Positions 25,659 to 36,085 of a stretch of DNA of 64,000 nucleotides are shown in pieces. This stretch comes from Lepidodermella squamata (Eukaryota; Animalia; Gastrotricha), in the NCBI GenBank assembly GCA_047495785.1, contig JBLDXI010000004.1:1054001-1118000 (forward strand), given 5' to 3'. Numbering within the stretch: position 1 is the first letter of the stretch; every line of letters starts with the position of its first letter. The notes below the pieces were generated by a model, which was given only the letters and a program-made list of their open reading frames with translations, had not been told where the DNA came from and did no database searches. A program made the position numbers and the translations under genes.

Positions 25659-26782
25659 GTGCGTCGCCCTATAAATCCCATCGATCTGAACAAAATTTCA
25701 GCCATGAGTAATAGTCAGAGCTATAATAATATTTTAGTATTCCCTAGGTTAAAATCAGTAGAATTCGATTTCATCAATGCTTCTATCGATAGTTTCAACA
25801 AAGAATGTGTTTACAAGTGGGAGCAATCAATGATTGGCGCTGTGGACATAATTAAAAAAATGTAAATATTCTATCGTCGTTCGATAATGTATTTCTCTTA
25901 TGGGAAGTTTTTTTAGATTGGAAAGATGCGAGTCTCAAACACAGATGCTGGAAATCACTAGTGACGATATTTCTAAACTGAAAGAATTCCTGAATTCTGC
26001 GAGTCAACTACCAGTCTTGAGAATACCTCCCGCTCAAATGGAGCCCGCCCGTGATATGTCGAAGAAAAGGAAACTGGATGACGACATCAATCCTGCCAAT
26101 GTAATTAAAGTAAGGCAAGCGTCATTTCAAGTCTCATCACCCCTAAAATAATTTTCAATAGGATTCTACCGGAATCCATCATCCTATCGGTACAAACGAT
26201 GAGCTTCTGGCTTTCCTAGTAAAAATGACCACCGACTTCGAAATCAATTATCCGGATCGGCATAGCTCTAATTCGAAAAGCATTAAGGATAAAACCTCTA
26301 CTTTTGATTCCCTTATGCACCGCGCTCATAATTACTGCGAAGCTTTTAAAAAATGTGGCTCTCAAAAACTTCAAAAAGCTTTTCACCTCGGGGAATGTCT
26401 GCACTGCCTGAGACCTGTATACAAGCAAAAATTTAATTCGGGAAAAGGTTATGTCAAGTATTTACAAGAAAGTCTAAAAGTTAGTGACAAATGGCTCTAC
26501 AAAATCATGGCTCTGTATGATTCATTTAAAGCATTTCCCAACATGATGTACATAAACATTAGCATAACTGCTATGATTGATCTTCGCGAGCGTCTTTCCA
26601 AGTTACTTCACTGGAATGAGCAGTTCAAGCGATTCTATCGAGATCTCTCTGAGAAAGTCGAGACCTATGTCGGCGAGAACTTCGATAACGAATCTAACGA
26701 CCAAACCGACGAAAGCGAGTCTAATTCGTCCGCTGAACCTGGAACGAGCAGCAATTCCATGGAATATGAAGGGACGCGCTAA
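25659..26782 (+). CDS. Maverick accessory gene, three exons, putative nuclear DNA-binding protein
   Basis: GT-AG introns 25862-25916 and 26110-26161 join ORFs 25659, 25900 and 26225 in frame; KKRK NLS; acidic tail. Start codon uncertain. Confidence 0.7.
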
Positions 26783-26929
26783 AGTTGAATGCAAACGATG
26801 TTGTTGTATGTGTTATTGTTGGAATTGTTTTAAATGATGAAAGGAAGTCAATAAAATCTTATTTCATTTTTATCATCGTTATCAATTCATTTGTAAACTG
26901 TTGGCTGAAGCAACTGTTCTGTTGAAACG

Positions 26930-27136
26930 TTAATCTGGATGAAGGAGTTCTCCAACTTCACGAGAGTTCAGATCAAAGAAGTCGTTCAGAATAGCTAGCG
27001 TGATTTCATTTTCTTCGGTGTAATCGATTACCCAGCCATAATAAGGATCCATGTACACACTTACTTTTGATAAATAAAACTGCAAGCTTAGGACTTCCTG
27101 CGCGTTCCTGGGATATCTCACTTCGGTGTAGGTCAT
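26930..27136 (-). CDS. Small hypothetical Maverick protein
   Basis: 68-aa ATG ORF directly downstream of pPolB on the same strand. Confidence 0.5.
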   Translation of the reverse strand: MTYTEVRYPRNAQEVLSLQFYLSKVSVYMDPYYGWVIDYTEENEITLAILNDFFDLNSREVGELLHPD

Positions 27137-27169
27137 TGTTACCTAATCCTGATAGGCTTGTATCTTTAA

Positions 27170-30100
27170 CTAAAAGAGGGAATCGCTACTTCTCATCAGC
27201 TGCATGAAATCAATCATGAAATGGCCGTGCGCGAAAGTGTTGATGCCATCGTCACTGACCCATCGCTTATCATCATAAGGACACAAGGCAACCTTGGAAC
27301 TCTGCATCGTAACTAAATTATGGGAGAATGATCGAATCTGATTGAAATTTATATTGACTACTTTCTTGTTCTTCACGCAATCCCTGTAATGGTCGAATGT
27401 CAGCTTCGACTTCACGCCATGCCGCCTAACTCCCTTTGCCTTTTTTATTTCATCTTTTTCTGAGTACAAAATTGCATAGACCTTGGATCGTGCGCCGGCG
27501 AATTCTCGTATTACACGTCCCTTTGCTTCGTCTTTAAATACGCCGTTAGTTTTACAGTTGATAGTTGAGAATAGGAAGTGATCTTTAGGATAATCCGAGA
27601 AATCGAATAGGCTTTCGATGTGTTTCATGTCTGTGTAAACGTCTTCAGTTGTGATATGGTAGCACAACGAATCTGTGTCTGTGAAGAGAAGCTTAGCTTT
27701 GTCGCCGTACTTTCGTTTGATGACATTGTAGTGAAAGTCGTACATATGCACCTTGGACAAATCCAAAATGGCTGCTCCAACGATAATTGGTCGATCATAA
27801 AAGATGTCAGTTTTTGCCATTTCCACGCTGAACAGCTCATCACTTATCTTCTTAGCGTCCTTGAATGTTGGTTTGTTTACGAGTTTCTGAAGCTTCTTAG
27901 GGCAAGTAACCAGTTTTAAGTCAATGCGATTCCGTACGTTCTCACAAGTCTTCCCGAAAATGACGTTATTCATCAGTTTGAAAAACCCCTTCTCAAATTC
28001 ATTGCTAGCCTCTTTTCGCTTTCGAGTATTGAATGCGATATAGGGCTCGGCCCAATTGCTCTGTTTGAACTTCAAAGCTCGGTGCACCTTTTTCAGAACT
28101 AGACCATTATCAAGAGCTTGCTGTAGCGCGCGATAGTGCATGACGTAATGTTTCTTGTCCTTCAAATTTTGTGTTAGCTTTTTCACTTTTGCCGGCCTGT
28201 TAAGTCCTAATTGCTTATGCAGATCTTGCATGTGGGGGCTCGGTTCGCAAAGAATATGCTCTGGACAAAACGGATAGTCATTATGTGAGTCATGAAGCCT
28301 TGCAGGATAGTCGATATCAACCTCCAGCATGTACCCGAAATCGTCTTTGTCCCCAAGTGACTTCACGAAATCTTTGGTGATTGTTTCAGGACCAATCCAT
28401 TCGAAGTCTTTCTGCGGTAACCACTGGGTCATCGCGAAAGAATAAAGCGCGTTGGCGTCCCAATACATTATAAACGATTTTGGAGCATTTGCGTCATAGT
28501 CTGTCATACCTTCGTTATTCGCCTTCGCGTACCTTCCAGGAATAACAGCTATACCGCCTCTTATGCCTTTTTCAACGAATTCAAGCATCTCCTTATTATC
28601 AAAGAGATCCAGTTCAACACGTGTGTATTTCAACATCGCATCCCAACTTAACCCAGGTGCGCCTAAATAATGCGCTGGGTCCAGATCGTAATAGCTTTTG
28701 CAGGTGTCTCGAAAACTGTCAAAACAATCTGCTAACAAGAAAACATCTGTTTTCAAATACAGGTCGTGGTAGTCTTTCAGAGTTTTGCAATTCAGTTTTG
28801 ACCAAACGGCTTGTGCGTGTTCATAATCCTCGTCAGATATAGAAGTTACTTCAATTTTGCTATCATCAAGCGAACAAGAATTTAGTCTACTTGAGAAATG
28901 TGACTTATTCGGTAGCTGAGTTTCATTCAGTTTGTCGAGGCTATCTATATAATCGTACGGATACACTCCCTTACGAAGTAGCAGGGATCTTTGTTCAGTT
29001 GTGAACTTAGAAAGCTGTTCATCAAAATGAGCGAATCTCTTTCCCGATTTTTTCAGATTACTGACTATCTGGTCCAGGCTTTCACTCATAAATTGAAACG
29101 AATCGATAAATCGCAGTTTGCCGATACTAAAACTTAGATACTTTTCCGAGGAATTAGCTATGACGTCAATCGTCAACAGGTTTGGTCTTTTCTTTTTGTC
29201 TTCTTTTTTGAAATTTGCAATCTTTTCTCCATTGATTTCGTTTACTACTTTTCCGGCTGCCTGCATTATCAAGTGCGAATCGTACCCACTCAGGTTATGA
29301 AAAACAACCGGGATGAAAGAATGCTTGAGATTCAAATTCAGATTGCAGGCATTATGAGCAGCTCCCCTGAAACGGCCTGTAAGATGGTCATGATCGCGGA
29401 CTTTATCGTCGCCCAAGGTGCTTCGACAAACATGGCAGTGCTGTGCATTATCATAACTTTGTTGCTCTTGTTGAGATAACAACATGTTTTTATTGGATTC
29501 CTGAATAAATTTCCTCAAACTATACTGCTTTTTAATCAAGAATCTCAGAAACTGCTCCGCACAATTCACCCCTTCAAACTGCCAATACTTCGAACGGATC
29601 TCAGGTACCTTACTAGCCAGTAAACATCCGAATGAATTCGCAACATGCTTCTGATAAATCAAGGACCTACCCTTTTGAACATCGGAATTCGTTAGCGTAG
29701 TCTCCGCATCACAATAGAAAACGAACGGTACTTCAAGCTGCTTGTAGTAATTTTTGAAAATAACTCGGCTACCTTTCGGAGGAAACTTCACTATGACGTT
29801 GCCATTTATTATGCAATTATGCTCTTTCAGCTTTATTTCGCTGTCAAATCCAGTCAGACACTGTAAACACCAATGCTTTTTGTGCTGATCAGAACTAGGT
29901 AGCTACCGGCTCAAATTTTTTATCCAGCTGAAGTGTGCTTTCACCTCAGCACCGTCTCTGAGAGTAGTTCGCAGAAGGTTAACTTCTTGGGCGTAAGGTT
30001 TCTTCGACGCGTAGTATGAAATAAGGCGATGACAGCCATCTTTTTCTTTGTATTCAATCACGTTGATCTTAATCCTATTCTGATCTTCAAGATTTGAAAT

Positions 30101-31213
30101 ATCGTTCAACGAAATGGGGAACTTGATGCCATCATGTTTCAGTTCATTTTTAAATAACTTGTACTTGGATGTTTCCTGTGCATTTTTATCTACTGGATGC
30201 AAGCAAGCCAGCATGCTCCAGATAATGCATTCATCGTCGGTGTTTTTAACATTTATAACGGCCTTTTTATCTGCAATAAACTTCGGTGTTGGAATGTAAG
30301 ATCCTGTCCCTAACGGGCAGTAGCTGAAAGCACAAACACGGAGTCGCGAAATGTTTTGGAAGATCCAGCCGGAGCCGCGCTGCTCGTAATTCTCAATGGC
30401 ACCACCAAGTTGAGAAAAGTGTTGGTCTACAACGCTCCCTATGTCATCATATTTCCTGATAACTGGGGCAGCCTTCACAGCGGAAGACCATTTATGTTCT
30501 GATTTACTATTGTTATCTTTTTTCCAATTCAAATCAGCGTTAAACACTATTTTGATGTTATCATTTTGCTCTAATTTTTTTTGCACGTAATTAACAACTG
30601 ATTCTCTAACCTTTTCGGTGAATAGATGGAAGTCACTTCCTGAATTATGAGCTTCAATGTCTAACCTATAGAGGATATTCTTGAAATGCTCGGGATTTTT
30701 CTGCTCATTAAATACCATATAATTGTTATCCTCGAGAGAGTTAATGCGTTCGATATAAATGTAGCCTTCGGCAATCAACTTGTTGTACGTTGGTCCACCC
30801 CATTTGATGAATTTCAAAGTCTTAGGATGTATGACATGATTTTCTTCCTGCCCTCTGAACACCATTTCACCAGCAGAATTCAAGAAATAGCCATCTTTAC
30901 GCAGCCTCTGATAGTCCTGGCTGCCACTTTTTATCTTGCTCACACCTCGTTTAATAAGCTGATTATTCGCTTCGTCATAGAAAAACTCCTTCTCAAGTTT
31001 TTTGAAATTGGACGAACCGATAGAAATATATTTTTGCGTGATAGGATTTAATACTGTTTTCCGTTGGGTTCTTTCGTAAGGCATCCCACCCTTCGTCCAA
31101 CGGTTATCTTTAAATTCAAACCCCTTCCTCAATAGCGTATTGTATGCTCGGCCACCAACCTTAATACGACGACCGTTAGGTCCCATTACATTGGTTTCAC
31201 TGTTGTCGGTCAT
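27170..31213 (-). CDS. polB: Protein-primed family B DNA polymerase (pPolB), ~1347 codons with one in-frame TAG at 29903-29905
   Basis: ORFs 29903..31213 and 27170..29791 share a frame. Motifs YCDAE, HNLSGYD, FIDSF, LRKGVYPYDY, YWDANALY, KLMNNVIFGK, FTDTDS; EndoVII-like CHVC..VRDHDH...HNACN insert. Confidence 0.95.
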
Positions 31214-31304
31214 GATTGTATATATTATACTAAGAAAATAATCTTTAAGTAATTTTCCGCAATTGAAGAAAATCTTATATAGTTTTTTCTAATGATAATA
31301 TATA

Positions 31305-31613
31305 ATGACTACAAACACGATTAAGCAAAGAGGTCGCCCGAAGAAATATCTGACTGAAGAAGAACGCGAGACAGGCTATCGTGATCAGCATCGTATAGCT
31401 TGCAAAAACTACTGGAAAAAAACTATGGAAGTTGTTAGAGCAAGTCGTGCAAACCCTGTACAGGGAAAATGTCATGAAGTGACTTCACAAAAGGAAGGAG
31501 CGATCACAAGCGACAGAATGTGTGAGCCTAAGCCTGAAAAACTTACGACGAAGGATATAGAGGAAATTATAAATCAAATGTTGGCAACAAAACTGCAAAA
31601 ATTGCTCTCATAG
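31305..31613 (+). CDS. Small basic protein with RGRP (AT-hook-like) motif
   Basis: KQRGRPKKYLTEEER; TCTA motif upstream. Confidence 0.7.
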   Translation: MTTNTIKQRGRPKKYLTEEERETGYRDQHRIACKNYWKKTMEVVRASRANPVQGKCHEVTSQKEGAITSDRMCEPKPEKLTTKDIEEIINQMLATKLQKLLS

Positions 31614-31638
31614 GCCTAGCTGTGCGGTACTGATTGAA

Positions 31639-33060
31639 CTAATCCAACAAGTTATCAGCGGGCTCCCAAGTCGGCTTATCATATCCTGCCCATTTGACGT
31701 GAACCATTTCTTTACCATTAACTTTCTTTCTTCTCAAAATCTTTTCAACCCGGTAAAGGTTTTCTTGCTGTTGGGAGGATTTCTGCAATTCCTGTTCGTA
31801 AAAGCTACCTACTACTGGTTCACCATCTAGAGCCTCGATTTTATAGGTTCTAGGAATGGTTTCGTTAACCTTGACGACTTTAAGAAGCTCTTCACTCCAG
31901 GAAGGGTGGAAACCTTTTTCAAAGGTCTCTTTCAGTCGGCTGATCCTCACAATGTCACCAACAGCGAATTTGGGTTTAAGTAACTTATTTTCCTCTGATT
32001 CCGCGTACAAATTGTTGTGAACGACGTCTCTATTCTTTGGATCTATTGCCTGAGTTGGCGTCATTCGAATCGATCTGTGCTTAGTAAGGTTGTACTCTCT
32101 AACAAGGTCATCTAATATTGCAACCCAATTACGTGAGTTGTTAAGTGTAAAGCGTTTCCACATTCTAGTTTTAAGAGTCCTGTTAAACCTCTCGATCATA
32201 GGGTTATGAAAATTTTCATAGGTCGAGTACCGATTCACCTTATTTGCTTTCAACCATTTAGTGAAGATTGAATTATAAAATTCACTGCCCTCATCGACCC
32301 AAATATTTTTAGGCTGTCGTCGGCTTGTCTTAATAACTGATGAGAAGGCATGGAAAACACTTTTTGCGTCTTTTGATTTCAGGGGGACGACCCATGCATA
32401 TCTGCTGAAGCAGCATATCACGGTCAAAATGTACTTATAGCCATTATTGTCATCGGTCAAGTCGTTCATGAAGACAATGTCCATGCCCCATGTGTCGTCA
32501 ACGTTATGCACATAAACGCGACGTCTTGGAAACCGCTTTCTTGCGGGTTTATGAAGCTCCTCAGCTAATGTTTCAAACTTCATTTTGCTAACTGTTTCTG
32601 ATCGCGGCGGCTCTTGTTCTGTCTTTCGCTTCGGAAATTGTTGCGAGTAGCTAACAGGTTTCCTATCTCGAAGAGCCATGCCTTTCCCCTGCAGGTGGTC
32701 AGCGATTCCACCTTCAACGAACGTTTTGTAGACAAATGCTGCCATAGCCCTCTCGTAACCACTTTTCGATAGATCGCTAGCAATCCCGAGTGCCTTGTCT
32801 GCAAGAATTCTATCGCTAACGGTGCGTCGGTCTCTGTCTTTGTAAAAGTGATAGGCAGCGTCATGTTCTCTGGCTGCCTCGTCCAACTTATTTATACCTC
32901 TGTAGCCCTGGCTCATTCTTTGAACAAAATGTGTTCCTGGGCCAGCGTAACTATATGACTGCTTATTGTTATAAGACCCTCCAGGAACGAATTCTCCTTG
33001 AACGGGATAACTCGGTAAATGAAATTCCACCGGCAAGCTGTTAATTATTTTGTCAAACAT
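31639..33060 (-). CDS. int: Parvovirus-type phospholipase A2 fused to retroviral-like (rve) integrase and chromodomain
   Basis: YAGPGT...NKLDEAAREHDAAY (PLA2); WGMD...WVDEGSEF...IERFNRTLK (DDE); YRVEKIL...VKWAGYDKPTWEP (chromodomain). Confidence 0.95.
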   Translation of the reverse strand: MFDKIINSLPVEFHLPSYPVQGEFVPGGSYNNKQSYSYAGPGTHFVQRMSQGYRGINKLDEAAREHDAAYHFYKDRDRRTVSDRILADKALGIASDLSKSGYERAMAAFVYKTFVEGGIADHLQGKGMALRDRKPVSYSQQFPKRKTEQEPPRSETVSKMKFETLAEELHKPARKRFPRRRVYVHNVDDTWGMDIVFMNDLTDDNNGYKYILTVICCFSRYAWVVPLKSKDAKSVFHAFSSVIKTSRRQPKNIWVDEGSEFYNSIFTKWLKANKVNRYSTYENFHNPMIERFNRTLKTRMWKRFTLNNSRNWVAILDDLVREYNLTKHRSIRMTPTQAIDPKNRDVVHNNLYAESEENKLLKPKFAVGDIVRISRLKETFEKGFHPSWSEELLKVVKVNETIPRTYKIEALDGEPVVGSFYEQELQKSSQQQENLYRVEKILRRKKVNGKEMVHVKWAGYDKPTWEPADNLLD

Positions 33061-33096
33061 TATTCATTAGGACTTGAAATTCTAAATAAAGAGCAA

Positions 33097-33789
33097 ATGA
33101 TCAATTGGGACAGCATCGTTCAATCACAACAACAGGAGTACAAAAATGGATCGCCCTTTTTCCCTCAGCATCCTTCCCGATGTCTTATTATTGGACCGTC
33201 CGGGACCGGAAAGACTTCAGATCTGTTGACAATACTGCATAACTCCTTTTTTCACAAGATCTACTTATATAGTAAAACTCTTGATGAGGACAAGTACGAG
33301 TACCTGATTGGGCTTCAGAAACAGAAGGAAGACATTCTTTCCAAGCAAGGAATTTCAGTAAGCCTTGTTCACTCTTCCAATGACATTTCTGAAGTCATGC
33401 CTCTTGAGAGCCTAGATAAAAGTTACCAGCATGCTTATATTTTCGACGATATTTGCATGGAGCAAAAGAAGCTGCAAGAAACACATATCGGTGCAATGTG
33501 GATAAGATGTCGAAAGTACAACGCGTCAGCCTTTTATCTTTCGCAGTCATATTTTAAGATCCCAAAGACAATTAGGGATAATGCCGATTTTGTTGTGCTG
33601 AAGAAGCTGGCAGACAACAGGGAGCTGAGCATAATTCATCGAATATACGCCCCCTCAATTAAGACAACTGAATTTATTGCCAAGTACAATGAAGCCGTTA
33701 GCCTTCCTCATGGTTCGTTTATCATTGACGGTCAAAGCAAGCCACAGTGTCTACGAATTAGAGCTAATTACGCTTCAATCTTCGCCTAA
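33097..33789 (+). CDS. A32/FtsK-like DNA packaging ATPase
   Basis: Walker A GPSGTGKT, Walker B YIFDD, LSQSYFKIPKTIRDN. Confidence 0.93.
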   Translation: MINWDSIVQSQQQEYKNGSPFFPQHPSRCLIIGPSGTGKTSDLLTILHNSFFHKIYLYSKTLDEDKYEYLIGLQKQKEDILSKQGISVSLVHSSNDISEVMPLESLDKSYQHAYIFDDICMEQKKLQETHIGAMWIRCRKYNASAFYLSQSYFKIPKTIRDNADFVVLKKLADNRELSIIHRIYAPSIKTTEFIAKYNEAVSLPHGSFIIDGQSKPQCLRIRANYASIFA

Positions 33790-33967
33790 TCATTTTTAAC
33801 TATTAAAAATTAGTTTAAATTATCTATCAAACAGTTTGAATTATCTTGGCTTTACTGATTATCTCCAGTATAAGATGAGTTCAACTGAGCGTTCAATGGG
33901 CGATCATTAGGCGTTCAAGAAGCGATCATGTGGCTAACGAGGAGCGATTTATTCTAGCCAGAGTGAT

Positions 33968-35011
33968 ATGCCGCTACGCGAATTAACAACTGATGAACAA
34001 ATTCGAATTCTTGAAGATTTAGATAAGCAGGAGAAGATGTACGACCGACACTTGGCCATGGTTAAAGGTGATGTATATGCTTTAAAGTATAAGCATAGTG
34101 TAAACGTTGAACCCGATCCCCTTACAGCTTTGCAAGAGACTTACAGGCAGATGCCAACTGTGGAGGCAATAAGATCCGTTGCCAAGGAGCTCAAACAAAC
34201 AGCAAAGAGAAGCTTACCAACAGCTAATCACCCGCATCACCTAGAAGCGGTATTACCAAAGGCGGAGCCGACAACTGAAGAGGCGAAGGAATCAGTGGAG
34301 AACATAGTTTTGAAGAGACATAACTTCCCCACAGCTAAAGAAATTGAAGAGGCTGGGGCTGACCCCGCGCATATTATTGTATCTCTTTCGCACTATAATA
34401 AAAATGTTTTGGGCTCCCAACTAGCTCAGCTCACTAAAAAAGGATACAAAGACTCTCCACAGTATCAATCGATTCAAAATGATATACAGATTTTGAAAAA
34501 CTTCAAGAACTCGTTGCTTGAGACATTTGAGAATCAAAGGGTGCTACTTGAGAAAACTGGTACAGGTATATCCAACAATTATTTGAAGATTGGTAGGTTG
34601 TACGCCAGAAAAGACGACATAAAGCGAGGGGTTTTACGGATTCGCAAGAAGAATAAAGGAAAAGTGCAAGGTTTAGCCGATATAGACATAAGTGATGGTG
34701 TCAAACAATTGCTCTTGAAAAGGTACAATCCGAAGGTGAACTTTTCTAAGCAAGACTATGATCAATACCAAAGAATTTGTGAACAGACTGGATATCGACC
34801 AAAACCCCATTCTAAAATCTGGAACAGAATTTACGTGACTGATGTTGTTGATGCCCAAAAGAGGCTCGTAAACGCGATTGGTGAAATCAGAGCGGGAAAC
34901 AATAACGCTGAAATATATAACGAAGTTGTGAGTATTGCAGATTTTCTTTTGAAGAACAATAGATTGACCAAAGCTGAATACGAAAATCTAATAACACTGG
35001 TAAATGGGTGA
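33968..35011 (+). CDS. Maverick hypothetical protein, probably structural
   Basis: 347-aa ORF in the capsid module with C-terminal GEIRAGNNN motif; TCTA upstream. Confidence 0.75.
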   Translation: MPLRELTTDEQIRILEDLDKQEKMYDRHLAMVKGDVYALKYKHSVNVEPDPLTALQETYRQMPTVEAIRSVAKELKQTAKRSLPTANHPHHLEAVLPKAEPTTEEAKESVENIVLKRHNFPTAKEIEEAGADPAHIIVSLSHYNKNVLGSQLAQLTKKGYKDSPQYQSIQNDIQILKNFKNSLLETFENQRVLLEKTGTGISNNYLKIGRLYARKDDIKRGVLRIRKKNKGKVQGLADIDISDGVKQLLLKRYNPKVNFSKQDYDQYQRICEQTGYRPKPHSKIWNRIYVTDVVDAQKRLVNAIGEIRAGNNNAEIYNEVVSIADFLLKNNRLTKAEYENLITLVNG

Positions 35012-35744
35012 TCCAATATTTCTGCCTTTGGAATATTACTGCAATAACAGGTCGGACGCCAGCAACGTCATCGATCGTTACCTAAATGATAAGATCGATT
35101 TCACAAAACGCAGCATCGCCGTTTCATATATTCACTTTTACGATGTTTTTTATAATGTATCGCAGGCTTCAGGTAATAGTAAGCTCAGATATAAAGATCC
35201 AGAGGATGCAACTTTTGAAATACGATTTCCTGATGGAACCTTCACTTTTCGTGATTATAACAATTATATTCACTTTGTTATGAAAGGAAACGGCCATTTC
35301 AAGACCATCGACGGCTCAGAAGTTTACGGCATAAGCTTATCTGTCAATACTGTTCTGAATAAACTGAGCTTTCGAATTCAACCAGGTTACGCTCTTCTGA
35401 TCGAGCATGATGCCACGTCTGAATTTCTAGGTGTAGACAAAGGCGAATTCCGATCAGATTTTAATGGGCAGCATATTCCTAACATCACGATGTCAAATGA
35501 CTCAATGTTTGTTCACTGTAACGTCGTCAATAATAGCCTAGTCCCGGAGGTTAGTGATGTCATCTTCACCTGTCCGATTAACAAAAATTTCGGTCAACAC
35601 GTTAACATTGTTCCAAATGAGAAACGTTACTTGTCCTGTACGAATGCTAATACACAAAACATAAAAATAACGCTCACCACCCAGGCTGGTGCACCACTGG
35701 AGATGACTGAAAGAAAATGGGGTATTGGTCTAGATATTCGCTAG
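35004..35744 (+). CDS. Minor capsid (penton-like) protein
   Basis: YNVS..GN...FPDGTF...FVHCNVV pattern, beta-rich, located upstream of the MCP. Confidence 0.8.
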   Translation: MGDPIFLPLEYYCNNRSDASNVIDRYLNDKIDFTKRSIAVSYIHFYDVFYNVSQASGNSKLRYKDPEDATFEIRFPDGTFTFRDYNNYIHFVMKGNGHFKTIDGSEVYGISLSVNTVLNKLSFRIQPGYALLIEHDATSEFLGVDKGEFRSDFNGQHIPNITMSNDSMFVHCNVVNNSLVPEVSDVIFTCPINKNFGQHVNIVPNEKRYLSCTNANTQNIKITLTTQAGAPLEMTERKWGIGLDIR

Positions 35745-35766
35745 CTTTTTCTAGTTACTTTGTATA

Positions 35767-36066
35767 ATGAAAAATCGCAGAACAAAAGCATATGTCGTAG
35801 GACGCGGTTACGTAGACATCGCAAAAAATATGCTCGACAAATTCACTGGTCTCTTACCGGTTCAGACTTTGGCCAAATCAGCTCTATCAAAGGCAGCGGA
35901 AGTTGCCGGTGACAAAATAGGTGCCTATGCCGCAAATAAACTTGCAGACAAAGTGATGCCGGCAAAGCCAGCTGAGCGCTCTATTCAGGCTATTGAGGAG
36001 CTTGAGAAGAAAATCAAAAGAGACATCGATAATTACACCGGAACAGGCTTTAAGCTGATACGCTAA
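35767..36066 (+). CDS. Small basic core/structural protein with adenain-type cleavage sites
   Basis: VVGRG and YTGTG motifs; Ala/Lys-rich amphipathic segment. Confidence 0.7.
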   Translation: MKNRRTKAYVVGRGYVDIAKNMLDKFTGLLPVQTLAKSALSKAAEVAGDKIGAYAANKLADKVMPAKPAERSIQAIEELEKKIKRDIDNYTGTGFKLIR

Positions 36067-36085
36067 ATATCTAATGCCTATTTAA

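Noticed and set aside
29903-29908. Programmed readthrough of the pPolB TAG
   Set aside because: Context NLSR*L fits a TTG-to-TAG change in a usual SRLL motif, and other lesions show the copy is decaying; not fully excluded.
33019-33096. Longer ATPase start at 33019
   Set aside because: Overlaps the divergent integrase start; the TCTA spacing supports ATG 33097.
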